From IMG/VR virus record IMGVR_UViG_2061766007_002383: a stretch of 64,000 nucleotides of DNA. One strand, 5' to 3'. The stretch comes from an uncultured virus (IMG/VR IMGVR_UViG_2061766007_002383). Lineage: Duplodnaviria > Heunggongvirae > Uroviricota > Caudoviricetes. This document shows, in pieces, positions 40,010-48,951 of this stretch (position 1 is its first letter; each line of letters begins with the position of its first letter). A model generated the notes under the pieces. The model searched no databases and was not told the DNA's origin. It saw nothing but the letters and a program-made list of their open reading frames with translations. The position numbers and the translations under genes are program-made.

Positions 40010-41808
40010 TATATCAACCTACTTTGATATTCCTTTTCTTCATGCACAATTGGTAAATTATCAAAAGCACCTGCATTAATAAGATTTTCTTTTACTCTCT
40101 TGTTACATTGTCTTGCACTTACCCTTGCACAAAAGTCATCAAAAGATTTAAAATCTCCATTCTTATTTCTTTCATTAATTATGTAATTACTTACTTTATC
40201 ACTTACTTTATCAATGAGATTAAAACCAATAAGTATCTCATTACCATTAATTGTTGTGTTCGCTTGACTACGATTAATGTCAGGACTTAAAAGTTCTGCA
40301 TTTGAGTCTTTAATCATATATAAAATGTCAATAATTTTCTCATCTTCTTTAGTGTTTTGAAGCATAGCAACTGCAAATTCTAACGGATAGTATGTTTTTA
40401 ACCATGCACTTTGATATGCTAAAACAGAGTATCCTACAGCATGTGAGCGATTAAAGGAGTAATCTGATGACTTTTCCATATCATTCCATAATTTTTCAGC
40501 GACTTCATCATCTACATTATTTTCTTTACAACCTTTTAAAAATTTAGGTTTAAACTCTGTAAACGCTTCCTTTTTCTTTTTAGATATCGCTCTACGTAAT
40601 TGGTCGGTTTCGAGGTCACTCATTCCCGCAAGGTCACGAGCAACAGCCATAGCATCTTCTTGAAATATCATAAGCCCTTGTGTGTCCTTAAGTGTTTCTT
40701 TAAGTCGTTCGTCAAGATATACTGGCTCTTTACGACCAAATTTGTAGTCACAATAAAGTTTATCCATACCAGAGTTCCTTGCTCCTGGTCTAATTAATGA
40801 TATAATTGCTGTTAATTCGCTAAAGTTTTCTGGTTGCACCATAGCAACTCCAGCTCTACCTGCACCTTTTTCTAACTGGAATAATCCTAGTGGATTCTTA
40901 CAAATAGTTTTATAAACTTTTGAGTCATCAAAAGTATAAGGTAATGTTACATCATCCTTAATCAATTCAAGACAATCTCTTTGAATATCCAACACAGCAA
41001 TACCTAATGTATCATTTTTTAAAAAACCCATCGCTTCACATTCAAGCCCATTATTAGATATAATTTCTTTACCAGTTATAGAAACTGTTGACACATATTT
41101 ATCCATAACATCATCAAAAACAATTAAAGCACCTGCATGTACACCCAATGACTTAACAATACCAATTAATGGGTCAATATAATCTCTAACTTCAGGATAT
41201 TGATTTAAAAAATCCATAACTTTTTCATTCTCTTTATAATCTTCATCAGAATCTAATTGCTTGGTTACTAAATTAACTTGCTGAAAATCAATACCTTGCC
41301 TTGATGATAAATCTTTTATCAACATCTTGGCGGAGAATGGTGTCTTTGTCATCACTTGACCACATTTATCTTCACCGAATGTCTTTTTAATAAGTTTTAA
41401 TACGTCATCACGACAATCAGAACTCACATCAGTATCTATATCTGGAAGTTGGGTCATTGCTCTTGTCTTATTAAGAAAACGTGCAAAAGAAAGATTATAT
41501 GGTTTTGGTGGTATCTTTGTAATGTTTAATCCATAACATACCACACTAGCAAGGCAACTTCCCCTTGCAGGACCACGAAATATATCCGCATCATCAATAA
41601 GAGCACATATATATGCTGTCTGTAAAAAGAAATCTTCTAACCCACATTCACCAATAATATCTAATTCTTCTTGAAGTCTGTCTTGATACCATTGGTCATC
41701 ATAAACTCCTTTCTTTTTGAGACCTTTAATAGCCATTTGTTTCATGAATTGAAAGTTCTCATCTTCATTGGCTTGGAAAGTAGATTGATACGTTGATAAT
41801 ATACTCAT
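40009..41808 (-). CDS. dnaE: Family C DNA polymerase (DnaE alpha) catalytic core: palm, thumb, fingers, HhH
   Basis: GPARGS, PDIDTD, GVHAGA, KNDTLG, FQLE, RPG, FQE, YSFNRSHA, LKTYYP, PDINRS, AGAFD. Confidence 0.95.
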   Translation of the reverse strand: MSILSTYQSTFQANEDENFQFMKQMAIKGLKKKGVYDDQWYQDRLQEELDIIGECGLEDFFLQTAYICALIDDADIFRGPARGSCLASVVCYGLNITKIPPKPYNLSFARFLNKTRAMTQLPDIDTDVSSDCRDDVLKLIKKTFGEDKCGQVMTKTPFSAKMLIKDLSSRQGIDFQQVNLVTKQLDSDEDYKENEKVMDFLNQYPEVRDYIDPLIGIVKSLGVHAGALIVFDDVMDKYVSTVSITGKEIISNNGLECEAMGFLKNDTLGIAVLDIQRDCLELIKDDVTLPYTFDDSKVYKTICKNPLGLFQLEKGAGRAGVAMVQPENFSELTAIISLIRPGARNSGMDKLYCDYKFGRKEPVYLDERLKETLKDTQGLMIFQEDAMAVARDLAGMSDLETDQLRRAISKKKKEAFTEFKPKFLKGCKENNVDDEVAEKLWNDMEKSSDYSFNRSHAVGYSVLAYQSAWLKTYYPLEFAVAMLQNTKEDEKIIDILYMIKDSNAELLSPDINRSQANTTINGNEILIGFNLIDKVSDKVSNYIINERNKNGDFKSFDDFCARVSARQCNKRVKENLINAGAFDNLPIVHEEKEYQSRLI

Positions 41809-42749
41809 TATACCACCTTCTTTAAGAATATTTCTTTAAAATGTTTGTGCTGCGTAAACTTCGGTATGACCCTATCGTATGATTTTGGTTCAAAATAACA
41901 CCTTTGTGCAATCTCATATGTATTATTAATACATAATTGTATCAATTCATCATCATCTATGCCAGATTCATGGGCAAGGTCAAAGGAAAGCTGACTTGAG
42001 CCAAGAACATTACTTTTTAATGTATCATTAATTTCATCTTCTGGCTTCTTCCAATTAATACTCTGTATCTTTTTTCGCAAAGGTCTACCTTTATCAGTCA
42101 ATACATGGCTATCGAATGTATTGATTATCCATTTAGCATTCATATCATAATACATTTCAATAAGTTTTCTGTTTAAATAATTTTGTGGATGTAATCCCTT
42201 ATCATCTTTCCACGTTGGATGATACTGCAACTCTACCGCTACATTATCTCTACCAAAACCGTCCAATAACTTACCAAAAAAATCATATGCTTCTTCATCG
42301 TCGCAATTAAGAAAACAATTATTTATATATGAAAGCGCACAAGCAGTTGAGCAAAAAAGCCCTTCCGTATTTTCAAAAATAAGTTCGTGTGGAGTCAATG
42401 GCTTATAATAAAAGTGGTCAGCCACAGACAATCTTTGAAGTTTTCTTAAATTAATAAGACCTGTTTCATTCATGGCAATTAAAACAAGATGGTATCGATT
42501 TTGGTCAGTAGGTTTTGCCATTGTTGTCTTACAATATAATTCGTTACCAAATAAGGGTTTGATGTTTGTATCTTTACATGCTTGTTGAAAACTGTAATGA
42601 TTCATTAATGAACCATGGTCTGTTATAGCACAATATTCCTGTTCATATTCCTGTAGTTTCTGAACAAGGCTTGGTACTGTAATGATAGAATCCCCTATTG
42701 AAGCATCTGTATGTAAATGTAAATTACAGAAAGAATCCATCAAATTCAC
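41808..42749 (-). CDS. Stand-alone PHP domain of DnaE (putative proofreading subunit)
   Basis: HLHTDAS..D, TDHG, G.E.Y, HLVLIA.N..G..NL, FYYKP, ELQ, DSH. Confidence 0.9.
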   Translation of the reverse strand: MNLMDSFCNLHLHTDASIGDSIITVPSLVQKLQEYEQEYCAITDHGSLMNHYSFQQACKDTNIKPLFGNELYCKTTMAKPTDQNRYHLVLIAMNETGLINLRKLQRLSVADHFYYKPLTPHELIFENTEGLFCSTACALSYINNCFLNCDDEEAYDFFGKLLDGFGRDNVAVELQYHPTWKDDKGLHPQNYLNRKLIEMYYDMNAKWIINTFDSHVLTDKGRPLRKKIQSINWKKPEDEINDTLKSNVLGSSQLSFDLAHESGIDDDELIQLCINNTYEIAQRCYFEPKSYDRVIPKFTQHKHFKEIFLKKVV

Positions 42750-42752
42750 CCC

Positions 42753-42974
42753 CTACATTTTTACTACTAAAAAACTTTCGATACACTCAATATCTATTCC
42801 GAATAAAATATCAGGTTCAGGTATAATAATCTCTACGACATTACCATTGATATCTTGTCCAAATTCTATACCATATTTACCATAAAAAGTTTTTACTGGT
42901 GTTTTGGATGGGGATTTAATGATATTAAGTGTATCTTCTTCGTAATCAATAAATATGTTATATGTATTCTTCAA
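42753..42974 (-). CDS. DUF2283-like small protein
   Basis: DYEEDTLNI...GIEFGQDINGNVVEIII. Confidence 0.55.
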   Translation of the reverse strand: MKNTYNIFIDYEEDTLNIIKSPSKTPVKTFYGKYGIEFGQDINGNVVEIIIPEPDILFGIDIECIESFLVVKM

Positions 42975-42984
42975 TACTTACCAC

Positions 42985-43872
42985 TTACACCTCTTCAGTT
43001 GATGGGAATATTAAATCTTTTACTGCTTCATAATTAGTTTCTGCTATACCTTCTTCGCTATTAACAGACATAAAAACAACTGGTATATTAACAGAAAAAA
43101 TATCAGAACGATTCTTTTTAACTTCAGCAATATAATTTTCAACATGATTATTATCAGAGCTTCGTTTCTTACTTAATACAACTCTAACACCACATTCATC
43201 AATTAACCTTTCTTTAACCGCAGGGAATGATTGACCTGGCTCTACCAATTCAGGTAAGAAATCTTGATGTGTTACGAATATAACAGGAATATCTAAAGCC
43301 ATATAAGCTGATGTAAATGCTCTAAAGTATTTTGCACGTATTTTCCATACGTGAGTTGGTGTACCACCATCAGGTGCAATATTTTTTTCCATTCTCATTT
43401 TAGATTCTGCAAATTCTAATAAAAATGACACACCATCTACAATAACACCTTTTACTTTGATGCCATTTGATAATGCCATTTTAATAGCTGCAGCAGTAGA
43501 AGTTACATTCTCTAATACTCTTTCTTCATCTTTAACTGATGCTCCACGGTCATTAATAGTGGTTGCATCAGGGTTAAAAGAAATAATTTGTCCACTATGA
43601 AGTTCTTTTTTGAAAAATTTATTGATAATTTCGTTACCTGAATTATCAATACCAATATAAATAACAACTTCATCTTTTTTTAAGTCGGAAGTAAACATTG
43701 TTAATGCTAATGATGTTTTTCCTAAACCATTTTCACCAGACAACACTATTTTTTGTGCAACTTTATCATGCTCAACTTGTTTTTTAGCTTCAAAAATTTT
43801 TTGATAGATTTCATCGGCTAAAGAAACTTGTGCATCTCTTGTTTGTTCTGCTTTCTTATCTAATAATGCCAT
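42985..43872 (-). CDS. P-loop ATPase (AAA_24/Sak4-like recombination protein)
   Basis: Walker A GENGLGKT, Walker B VIVDG, FVTH, KKNR. Confidence 0.75.
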   Translation of the reverse strand: MALLDKKAEQTRDAQVSLADEIYQKIFEAKKQVEHDKVAQKIVLSGENGLGKTSLALTMFTSDLKKDEVVIYIGIDNSGNEIINKFFKKELHSGQIISFNPDATTINDRGASVKDEERVLENVTSTAAAIKMALSNGIKVKGVIVDGVSFLLEFAESKMRMEKNIAPDGGTPTHVWKIRAKYFRAFTSAYMALDIPVIFVTHQDFLPELVEPGQSFPAVKERLIDECGVRVVLSKKRSSDNNHVENYIAEVKKNRSDIFSVNIPVVFMSVNSEEGIAETNYEAVKDLIFPSTEEV

Positions 43873-44056
43873 TGTATCTCTCCATTAAATTTAATAATAA
43901 ATACTCTTTCTTCTCTAAAAAGGTTTTGATTTGGCTTTTAACAATATCATCTGTAGATGATTCATAGTCATTGATTAGAGCTCTGATTTCAAGCTCTGTA
44001 TTATCAATCTGTCTACTAATTTCCTTCTTGTATTTTTCTTGCAACATATTCATCAA
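43856..44056 (-). CDS. Small helical hypothetical protein
   Basis: ORF in operon. Confidence 0.5.
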   Translation of the reverse strand: MMNMLQEKYKKEISRQIDNTELEIRALINDYESSTDDIVKSQIKTFLEKKEYLLLNLMERYNGIIR

Positions 44057-44252
44057 CTGATTTATTAATTTCTTGTTTGATTACTGCTTTACTGAAAGGA
44101 TGTTGTGCTATAACCAAATCATTTTGTAAATGTTGAATACGTACACGTAATTGACGTGTACGTATATCAAACATTTTTGCTGGGTTTTGAAAATCGTTAC
44201 TATTAAAACCCATAAAAAGCCACCTACTCATCAGCGAGAGGTAAGAAACCAC
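44016..44252 (-). CDS. Small helical hypothetical protein
   Basis: ORF in operon; likely start MGFNS after AGGTGG. Confidence 0.5.
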   Translation of the reverse strand: MVSYLSLMSRWLFMGFNSNDFQNPAKMFDIRTRQLRVRIQHLQNDLVIAQHPFSKAVIKQEINKSVDEYVARKIQEGN

Positions 44253-45207
44253 CTAATCTATAACCTACCACATCATCTTTATTGACATAAGTATTAATAA
44301 AAGCAAGACCAGTAATGCCTTCTTCAATGGTCAAATCCTTGAAGATATTCTTGGTTGCCCAAGCGGTAAACACTTCATCGTCAACTTCTAACTCAACTGG
44401 TACTGTACCATCATCAGACGGATTACCAAGTCTATTGACAATACAGAAAATTGCCGCATAATTAAAAGTATCTGTTGCATTTTGTCTTGCAAAATCATCT
44501 ATGTCAGATTTTAATGAGAAGAATATATCTCCACATCCACTCTCAATCATATCTGCATATGATTGGAAATCTTCTTCTGAATAGTAACGACTTGCTGTTG
44601 TACTTCTTGCTCCATTAAGATAATATTGATTCTTTTTAGGGAATACTTTCCCTGCATTGCCTGCGTCTTTAACACTTACAGAAATCTCTCTACAGATTGG
44701 AATGCTATCCCATACATTGAATTTACCGATGGTAAGGAATCTGATATCTGTTCCTTCATCTCCTTGGAAGATTCCTAGTGCATATCCACGAGCATCTTTT
44801 TTATCAATTACTTTACCCATTTGATTACTAAATTGGGTAGTAAATGATGTATGGACGTATTCGCCTTCTTCATTTATCATCCCTGACTCTTTGGCTTTTT
44901 CTTCACCATTTTCTTTGACATATTTGTCTACTCTATTCCATGCATTGACATTATAATCATTGTCACGGAATCTCATGAAAATAAAGGAATCCACATAGTT
45001 TGCATTACTGTTTGCAATTCTTCTTAATGCTCCCCTTGTTTTTCTTAAGGCTCTTAATTCTTTAGCCTTATCAGACAAATCGTCTGGCAGTTCACTGTAT
45101 ATTTTATCATATACTTCGTTAATTTCTTCGTCAGAGATATTGTTATCTTTTGCGAATTTTAAAGTTTTTTGCCTTTCTTTTTCGGCACTATTTATCTCAA
45201 ATTTCAT
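44224..45207 (-). CDS. Hypothetical protein, possibly SSB/OB-fold
   Basis: First gene of the replication operon, GGAGG RBS, beta-rich C-terminal half. Function inferred from context only. Confidence 0.4.
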   Translation of the reverse strand: MKFEINSAEKERQKTLKFAKDNNISDEEINEVYDKIYSELPDDLSDKAKELRALRKTRGALRRIANSNANYVDSFIFMRFRDNDYNVNAWNRVDKYVKENGEEKAKESGMINEEGEYVHTSFTTQFSNQMGKVIDKKDARGYALGIFQGDEGTDIRFLTIGKFNVWDSIPICREISVSVKDAGNAGKVFPKKNQYYLNGARSTTASRYYSEEDFQSYADMIESGCGDIFFSLKSDIDDFARQNATDTFNYAAIFCIVNRLGNPSDDGTVPVELEVDDEVFTAWATKNIFKDLTIEEGITGLAFINTYVNKDDVVGYRLGGFLPLADE

Positions 45208-45275
45208 TGAAATTCCTCCATTAATTTATTTTTTTGCTTACTAGCAATATAATTTTTGAAAAAGGTGATATATAA

Positions 45276-45935
45276 ATGTTTGGTTTATATACATCAGACA
45301 GCATTAACATATATATGGATAGTAGAGAACGCTTTTTTGTCAATAATTATTCATTGTATGGCGAAGCTTCCGCAAAGCGTTGCGGATATACAAAAAAGGA
45401 AGTTCAAGCTATCAAGGAAAAATATAAAAAACAGGGTATATATATGTTGCCAGTCAGAAAATTAGCTGAAAACAAGATGCCTGCTAAAAAAAGCAGTCGT
45501 AATATCTCAAGCGAATATAGTAGTATTGCTTTTGCTATCGCTTGTTTGGATTACGATGACCAAAATGCTTTAATCGAATTCAGTAAGAATGTCCCTAATC
45601 CATCTGTTCTTATCGACGAAGCCATCACCTTACAGCTTGGCAGACTTGGTAAAGCTCTTCGAGCAGAACAAGAACAAGGTAGAACTCTCGACACTACTTC
45701 TGATGTTATGAGAGACTATGTTAATATGATTCAAGCCAAGAAAACCATTGAAGATGGTCAAGACGTTAACCTAAAAGTAAGTAATACTGTCACTTCATTG
45801 TTGGATGAGCTTGACAAAGAAGAACAAAATGATGACGTCATAACTTTTGATTATGATAAGGAACAGAAGAAGGACGAAATTAAGAAATTACGTAAGCAAG
45901 GATTTACTGACTTGCTTGATGAATTAGAAGAATGA
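45276..45935 (+). CDS. Putative terminase small subunit-like protein
   Basis: RERFFVNNY...ASAKRCGYT resembles the TerS HTH. Helical core and DVNLKVS tail. Confidence 0.45.
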   Translation: MFGLYTSDSINIYMDSRERFFVNNYSLYGEASAKRCGYTKKEVQAIKEKYKKQGIYMLPVRKLAENKMPAKKSSRNISSEYSSIAFAIACLDYDDQNALIEFSKNVPNPSVLIDEAITLQLGRLGKALRAEQEQGRTLDTTSDVMRDYVNMIQAKKTIEDGQDVNLKVSNTVTSLLDELDKEEQNDDVITFDYDKEQKKDEIKKLRKQGFTDLLDELEE

Positions 45936-45944
45936 GGTGGTATC

Positions 45945-46169
45945 ATGACCGAAGAGGTCACTAAAGAACTTTTTATAGAACAAATGCAAAAATTTCAACA
46001 AGATACTTCAGAAAAAATTGTTAAAATTTTACAAGAAGAAAATTTTCTGCTTGATGTAGAAGTATTAGGATTAGTTGCTACAGCACGTGCATTAATTCAA
46101 ACATATGCACCTGATGACAGCGAAGATTTACTCACATCAGCTGTATACTTGTTAAAAAAAGAAGAATAA
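45945..46169 (+). CDS. Hypothetical protein
   Basis: GAGGTGG RBS. Confidence 0.6.
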   Translation: MTEEVTKELFIEQMQKFQQDTSEKIVKILQEENFLLDVEVLGLVATARALIQTYAPDDSEDLLTSAVYLLKKEE

Positions 46170-46382
46170 CTATTCTACAAACTTTAATATTTGTTCAATA
46201 GTCTTTACCTTTTTTTCATCCATCAATTGATTATTAAAAATCTTTTTTTTTCTTACCATATAACTATCGTTAACTGATACAATAGTGAAAGCAACATTAT
46301 TATTATAATAGTATATTAATTCTTCATCATCATCAAGATTCAAAACGTCTTGTTTTTTTAATTTACGTTTGTATACTATCAT
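46170..46382 (-). CDS. Hypothetical protein
   Basis: GAGTGA RBS. Confidence 0.55.
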   Translation of the reverse strand: MIVYKRKLKKQDVLNLDDDEELIYYYNNNVAFTIVSVNDSYMVRKKKIFNNQLMDEKKVKTIEQILKFVE

Positions 46383-46399
46383 AATATCACTCTTTTTAA

Positions 46400-46498
46400 A
46401 AAATAAAAGCCTCGATTTTTCATCCCATAAATATTAACCTTGCTAACGAAGTATTATAAGTACAAAATACTTAACGAGGCTTATCATAGCAAGATTAA
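46400..46498 (-). ncRNA. Candidate pseudoknotted RNA
   Basis: P1 TTAATCTTGCTA/TAGCAAGGTTAA (12 bp), P2 AAGCCTCG/CGAGGCTT (8 bp, crossing P1), P3 AAGTATT/AATACTT, then a U tract. Confidence 0.55.
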
Positions 46499-46530
46499 GA
46501 CCTTCGTACAACAAATGATACTAAAGGTAA

Positions 46531-46588
46531 CTCCAAAATCAGGAATCGAACCTAACAACATTTCTGTTGACTAACCATAATTTTTGGT
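46531..46588 (-). ncRNA. tRNA-like RNA lacking an anticodon loop
   Basis: CCAAAA/TTTTGG acceptor, TGG D-loop-like segment, CAACA-GAAA-TGTTG hairpin, T arm TTAGG-TTCGATT-CCTGA. Confidence 0.6.
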
Positions 46589-46690
46589 GAACACCCCATT
46601 GATGGGGCGTCCAAATGAAGAGAAAATCAATGAAGTATGCTCTTCTGTCAAATTATTAAATACACAAGCAAATATGGGGCGAACCCCAAA

Positions 46691-46765
46691 AGCCAAAGGA
46701 GAGACTCGAACTCCCACACTTCCGATTACAAGTCGGACGCTCTAACCAATTAGAGCTACTTTGGC
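46691..46765 (-). tRNA. tRNA-Thr(UGU), no encoded CCA
   Basis: GCCAAAG/CTTTGGC acceptor, GCTC..GAGC D arm, TCCGA-CTTGTAA-TCGGA anticodon arm, GGGAG-TTCGAGT-CTCTC T arm, U discriminator. Confidence 0.95.
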
Positions 46766-46775
46766 TAGAAGAAGT

Positions 46776-47129
46776 TTAAGCAACTTCTTCTGTTGCTTCT
46801 CCAGTTTCTGCATTATAGATAACATCTACATTATCTGCATCTACAGTTTTTCTTGTTCCATAAGTTAATACACCATCAACTAAATATGGAACACCTAAAG
46901 CAGTTGTAAATGCAACAGCTGGATTAGCAAAGGATGCTGGGTCTGTCATTGACAAAGTCAAAGCTGTGATAATTGCAAATATAATATTTGCAACTGACCC
47001 AAGGTTAAAACTTACTTCATTACCAGTCTTATAAACAGTCGGAAGGACAAATTTACCTTTGATAATGATAAGTTTGACAATGATTGCGCAAATCACTGCG
47101 AACCATGAGTATATGTCCACTCTAATCAC
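46776..47129 (-). CDS. Membrane protein (3 hydrophobic segments, holin-like)
   Basis: Hydrophobic helices with an acidic C-terminal tail. Confidence 0.55.
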   Translation of the reverse strand: MIRVDIYSWFAVICAIIVKLIIIKGKFVLPTVYKTGNEVSFNLGSVANIIFAIITALTLSMTDPASFANPAVAFTTALGVPYLVDGVLTYGTRKTVDADNVDVIYNAETGEATEEVA

Positions 47130-47166
47130 TCCTATAAATTATTTTATTAAACGTAATATATATAGT

Positions 47167-47454
47167 TTACTTTTTAAGTGAAGAAAAATCTACTCTTCCT
47201 TGAATGTTTTGACCATCAACATTAATATCAAACAAAATATTAGTATCTTCCATATGAATATTAGATAAAGATATATTATCTATTTTACCACAATTTAATT
47301 GACGTTCAAAATTAGGTAATACAAAACCTACACATTCATCTTCACAAAACTCTACTTCTGCACCATTGTCTAATCTATAAACTGCAACATCAGTATCACA
47401 TTCTGCAAAAATAAAGTGCAAATCACCTACATCATCAAGTTCAACGTGTGTCAT
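47167..47454 (-). CDS. DUF2283-like small protein
   Basis: LDDVGDLHFIF...LDNGAEVEF..DECVGFVLPN. Confidence 0.45.
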   Translation of the reverse strand: MTHVELDDVGDLHFIFAECDTDVAVYRLDNGAEVEFCEDECVGFVLPNFERQLNCGKIDNISLSNIHMEDTNILFDINVDGQNIQGRVDFSSLKK

Positions 47455-47878
47455 TGTACACCTGTATAATCATTGGCAGATTATTATTCCCAAGCTCCAT
47501 AAAATCTGGTTCTTGTATAACCACTTTATATCGTTTACCTATTTGTATATAATCAAAAATCTTACGATTATTATCATTATTGTCGACCATATAAGTCTTA
47601 TTGTTGTTATCTACAATCATATAATAATTATCATAAGTATTGTTATCATATCCTTTATTCTGTATAATAATTTCTTCAGCATGGATATGATTATCCACTA
47701 TACTATTATGCAAATATGTAATCGAGTAAGTTCCAATCCCCATTACGATGAGAAAAACGATAATAAAAATGATTACATATTTTTTCCATTTTTTATCGAA
47801 CAGACTATTCTGTATCATCTCTTTTATGTTCATTTCTTTCACGCTCTTTTCTAGCTTGCTCACAAGGACTGCAACCAA
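47441..47878 (-). CDS. Membrane-anchored protein
   Basis: TM helix YVIIFIIVFLIVMGIG followed by a beta-rich domain. Start probably around 47830. Confidence 0.55.
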   Translation of the reverse strand: MVAVLVSKLEKSVKEMNIKEMIQNSLFDKKWKKYVIIFIIVFLIVMGIGTYSITYLHNSIVDNHIHAEEIIIQNKGYDNNTYDNYYMIVDNNNKTYMVDNNDNNRKIFDYIQIGKRYKVVIQEPDFMELGNNNLPMIIQVYNDTR

Positions 47879-48473
47879 CTTCTTTATACGTATACTTTAT
47901 ATGAAAATTTAAGTCTTTAGTGACGTCCTTTCCTAACATAACTATTTCTTTGTTGATTTTATCTAATATAATTGTTGCATAATTAGTTTTCCTTACTTCA
48001 TCGACGAAAACAATATTATATACCAATTCTATATCAGATTCAGGATAATATTGATATGATATTTCTTCAATTGATGTTGACCATTTTTTTTGAAAATTAA
48101 ATAATGTATCTGTAACTGGTTTATACTTGTCGTAAAGCTCTGAAAATTCTCTTCTACCAGTATCTAAAGCATTAAATAAATCTTCTACATGAAACAGCCA
48201 CATAGTTGTAGCACCATTCCAAAATTTAAATCTTAATTTATCATCTCTCATGTCAATAGTTAAAGACATAATATTCTGTCGTTCTGGAATGTTTTCGGCT
48301 CTCATATCTTCTGGATAGAACATTGTAAGATGATTAATAAAGCCATTGTAGTTAAGAAAATTTAATATTTCAGTAATCTTTTCTGTCTTTAATCTGCATT
48401 CTGCATATAGTAATAAACGCAACTCAATATAGGTCATTTCCATATTGCGTTCTTCAATATAATATGTCTTCAT
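47805..48473 (-). CDS. Hypothetical protein
   Basis: 222-aa ORF with C-terminal GCSPCEQ. Confidence 0.6.
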   Translation of the reverse strand: MKTYYIEERNMEMTYIELRLLLYAECRLKTEKITEILNFLNYNGFINHLTMFYPEDMRAENIPERQNIMSLTIDMRDDKLRFKFWNGATTMWLFHVEDLFNALDTGRREFSELYDKYKPVTDTLFNFQKKWSTSIEEISYQYYPESDIELVYNIVFVDEVRKTNYATIILDKINKEIVMLGKDVTKDLNFHIKYTYKEVGCSPCEQARKERERNEHKRDDTE

Positions 48474-48620
48474 TCTTCATCATCCGTATAATCGCCCACA
48501 ATGTCGCTACCTAAAAGTATATTACCATAAAATATTTTAGTCATATATTGTTGAAATTCTGATGCATATCTTTGTATTATATTTCTTTGAAAGATAAATC
48601 TATTTAAATCATTCATCATA

Positions 48621-48908
48621 TTACTCATCTCTTATCAATAAGTATAAATCCTGTAAATTTTCATATTCTATTTCTATTATAGGTAATGTTTTTTTAATTG
48701 TATTAAAAGTGATAAAATTATTCTTTAATGTAATTTCCAATGTAGTATCTTCAGGTACAAATATAAACACATTATTAATCACAAGCTTACCTATATTACC
48801 GAAGTGATATACATTATCTTCATCATTATAATTGTCATTATCCTTAATACTATTTATCTTATTAAGTAAGGAGAGTTTTTTAGTAGTATCTGACATCTTA
48901 CCCCTCAC
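48621..48908 (-). CDS. Hypothetical protein
   Basis: ORF downstream of a TTTTATATA box. Confidence 0.5.
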   Translation of the reverse strand: MRGKMSDTTKKLSLLNKINSIKDNDNYNDEDNVYHFGNIGKLVINNVFIFVPEDTTLEITLKNNFITFNTIKKTLPIIEIEYENLQDLYLLIRDE

Positions 48909-48951
48909 TTAATAGTTTTATAAAAGTACATATATAAAAGTTTATTTTTTT

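Noticed and set aside
39800..41830. Split inteins joining the DnaE pieces
   Set aside because: No intein N-terminal (C/S-start block) or C-terminal HN-C/S/T motifs at the junctions.
46400..46498. Canonical HDV-like/theta ribozyme
   Set aside because: The helix order is similar, but P1 and P3 are too long and there is no catalytic C in the J4/2-equivalent linker. Kept only as an unknown pseudoknot.
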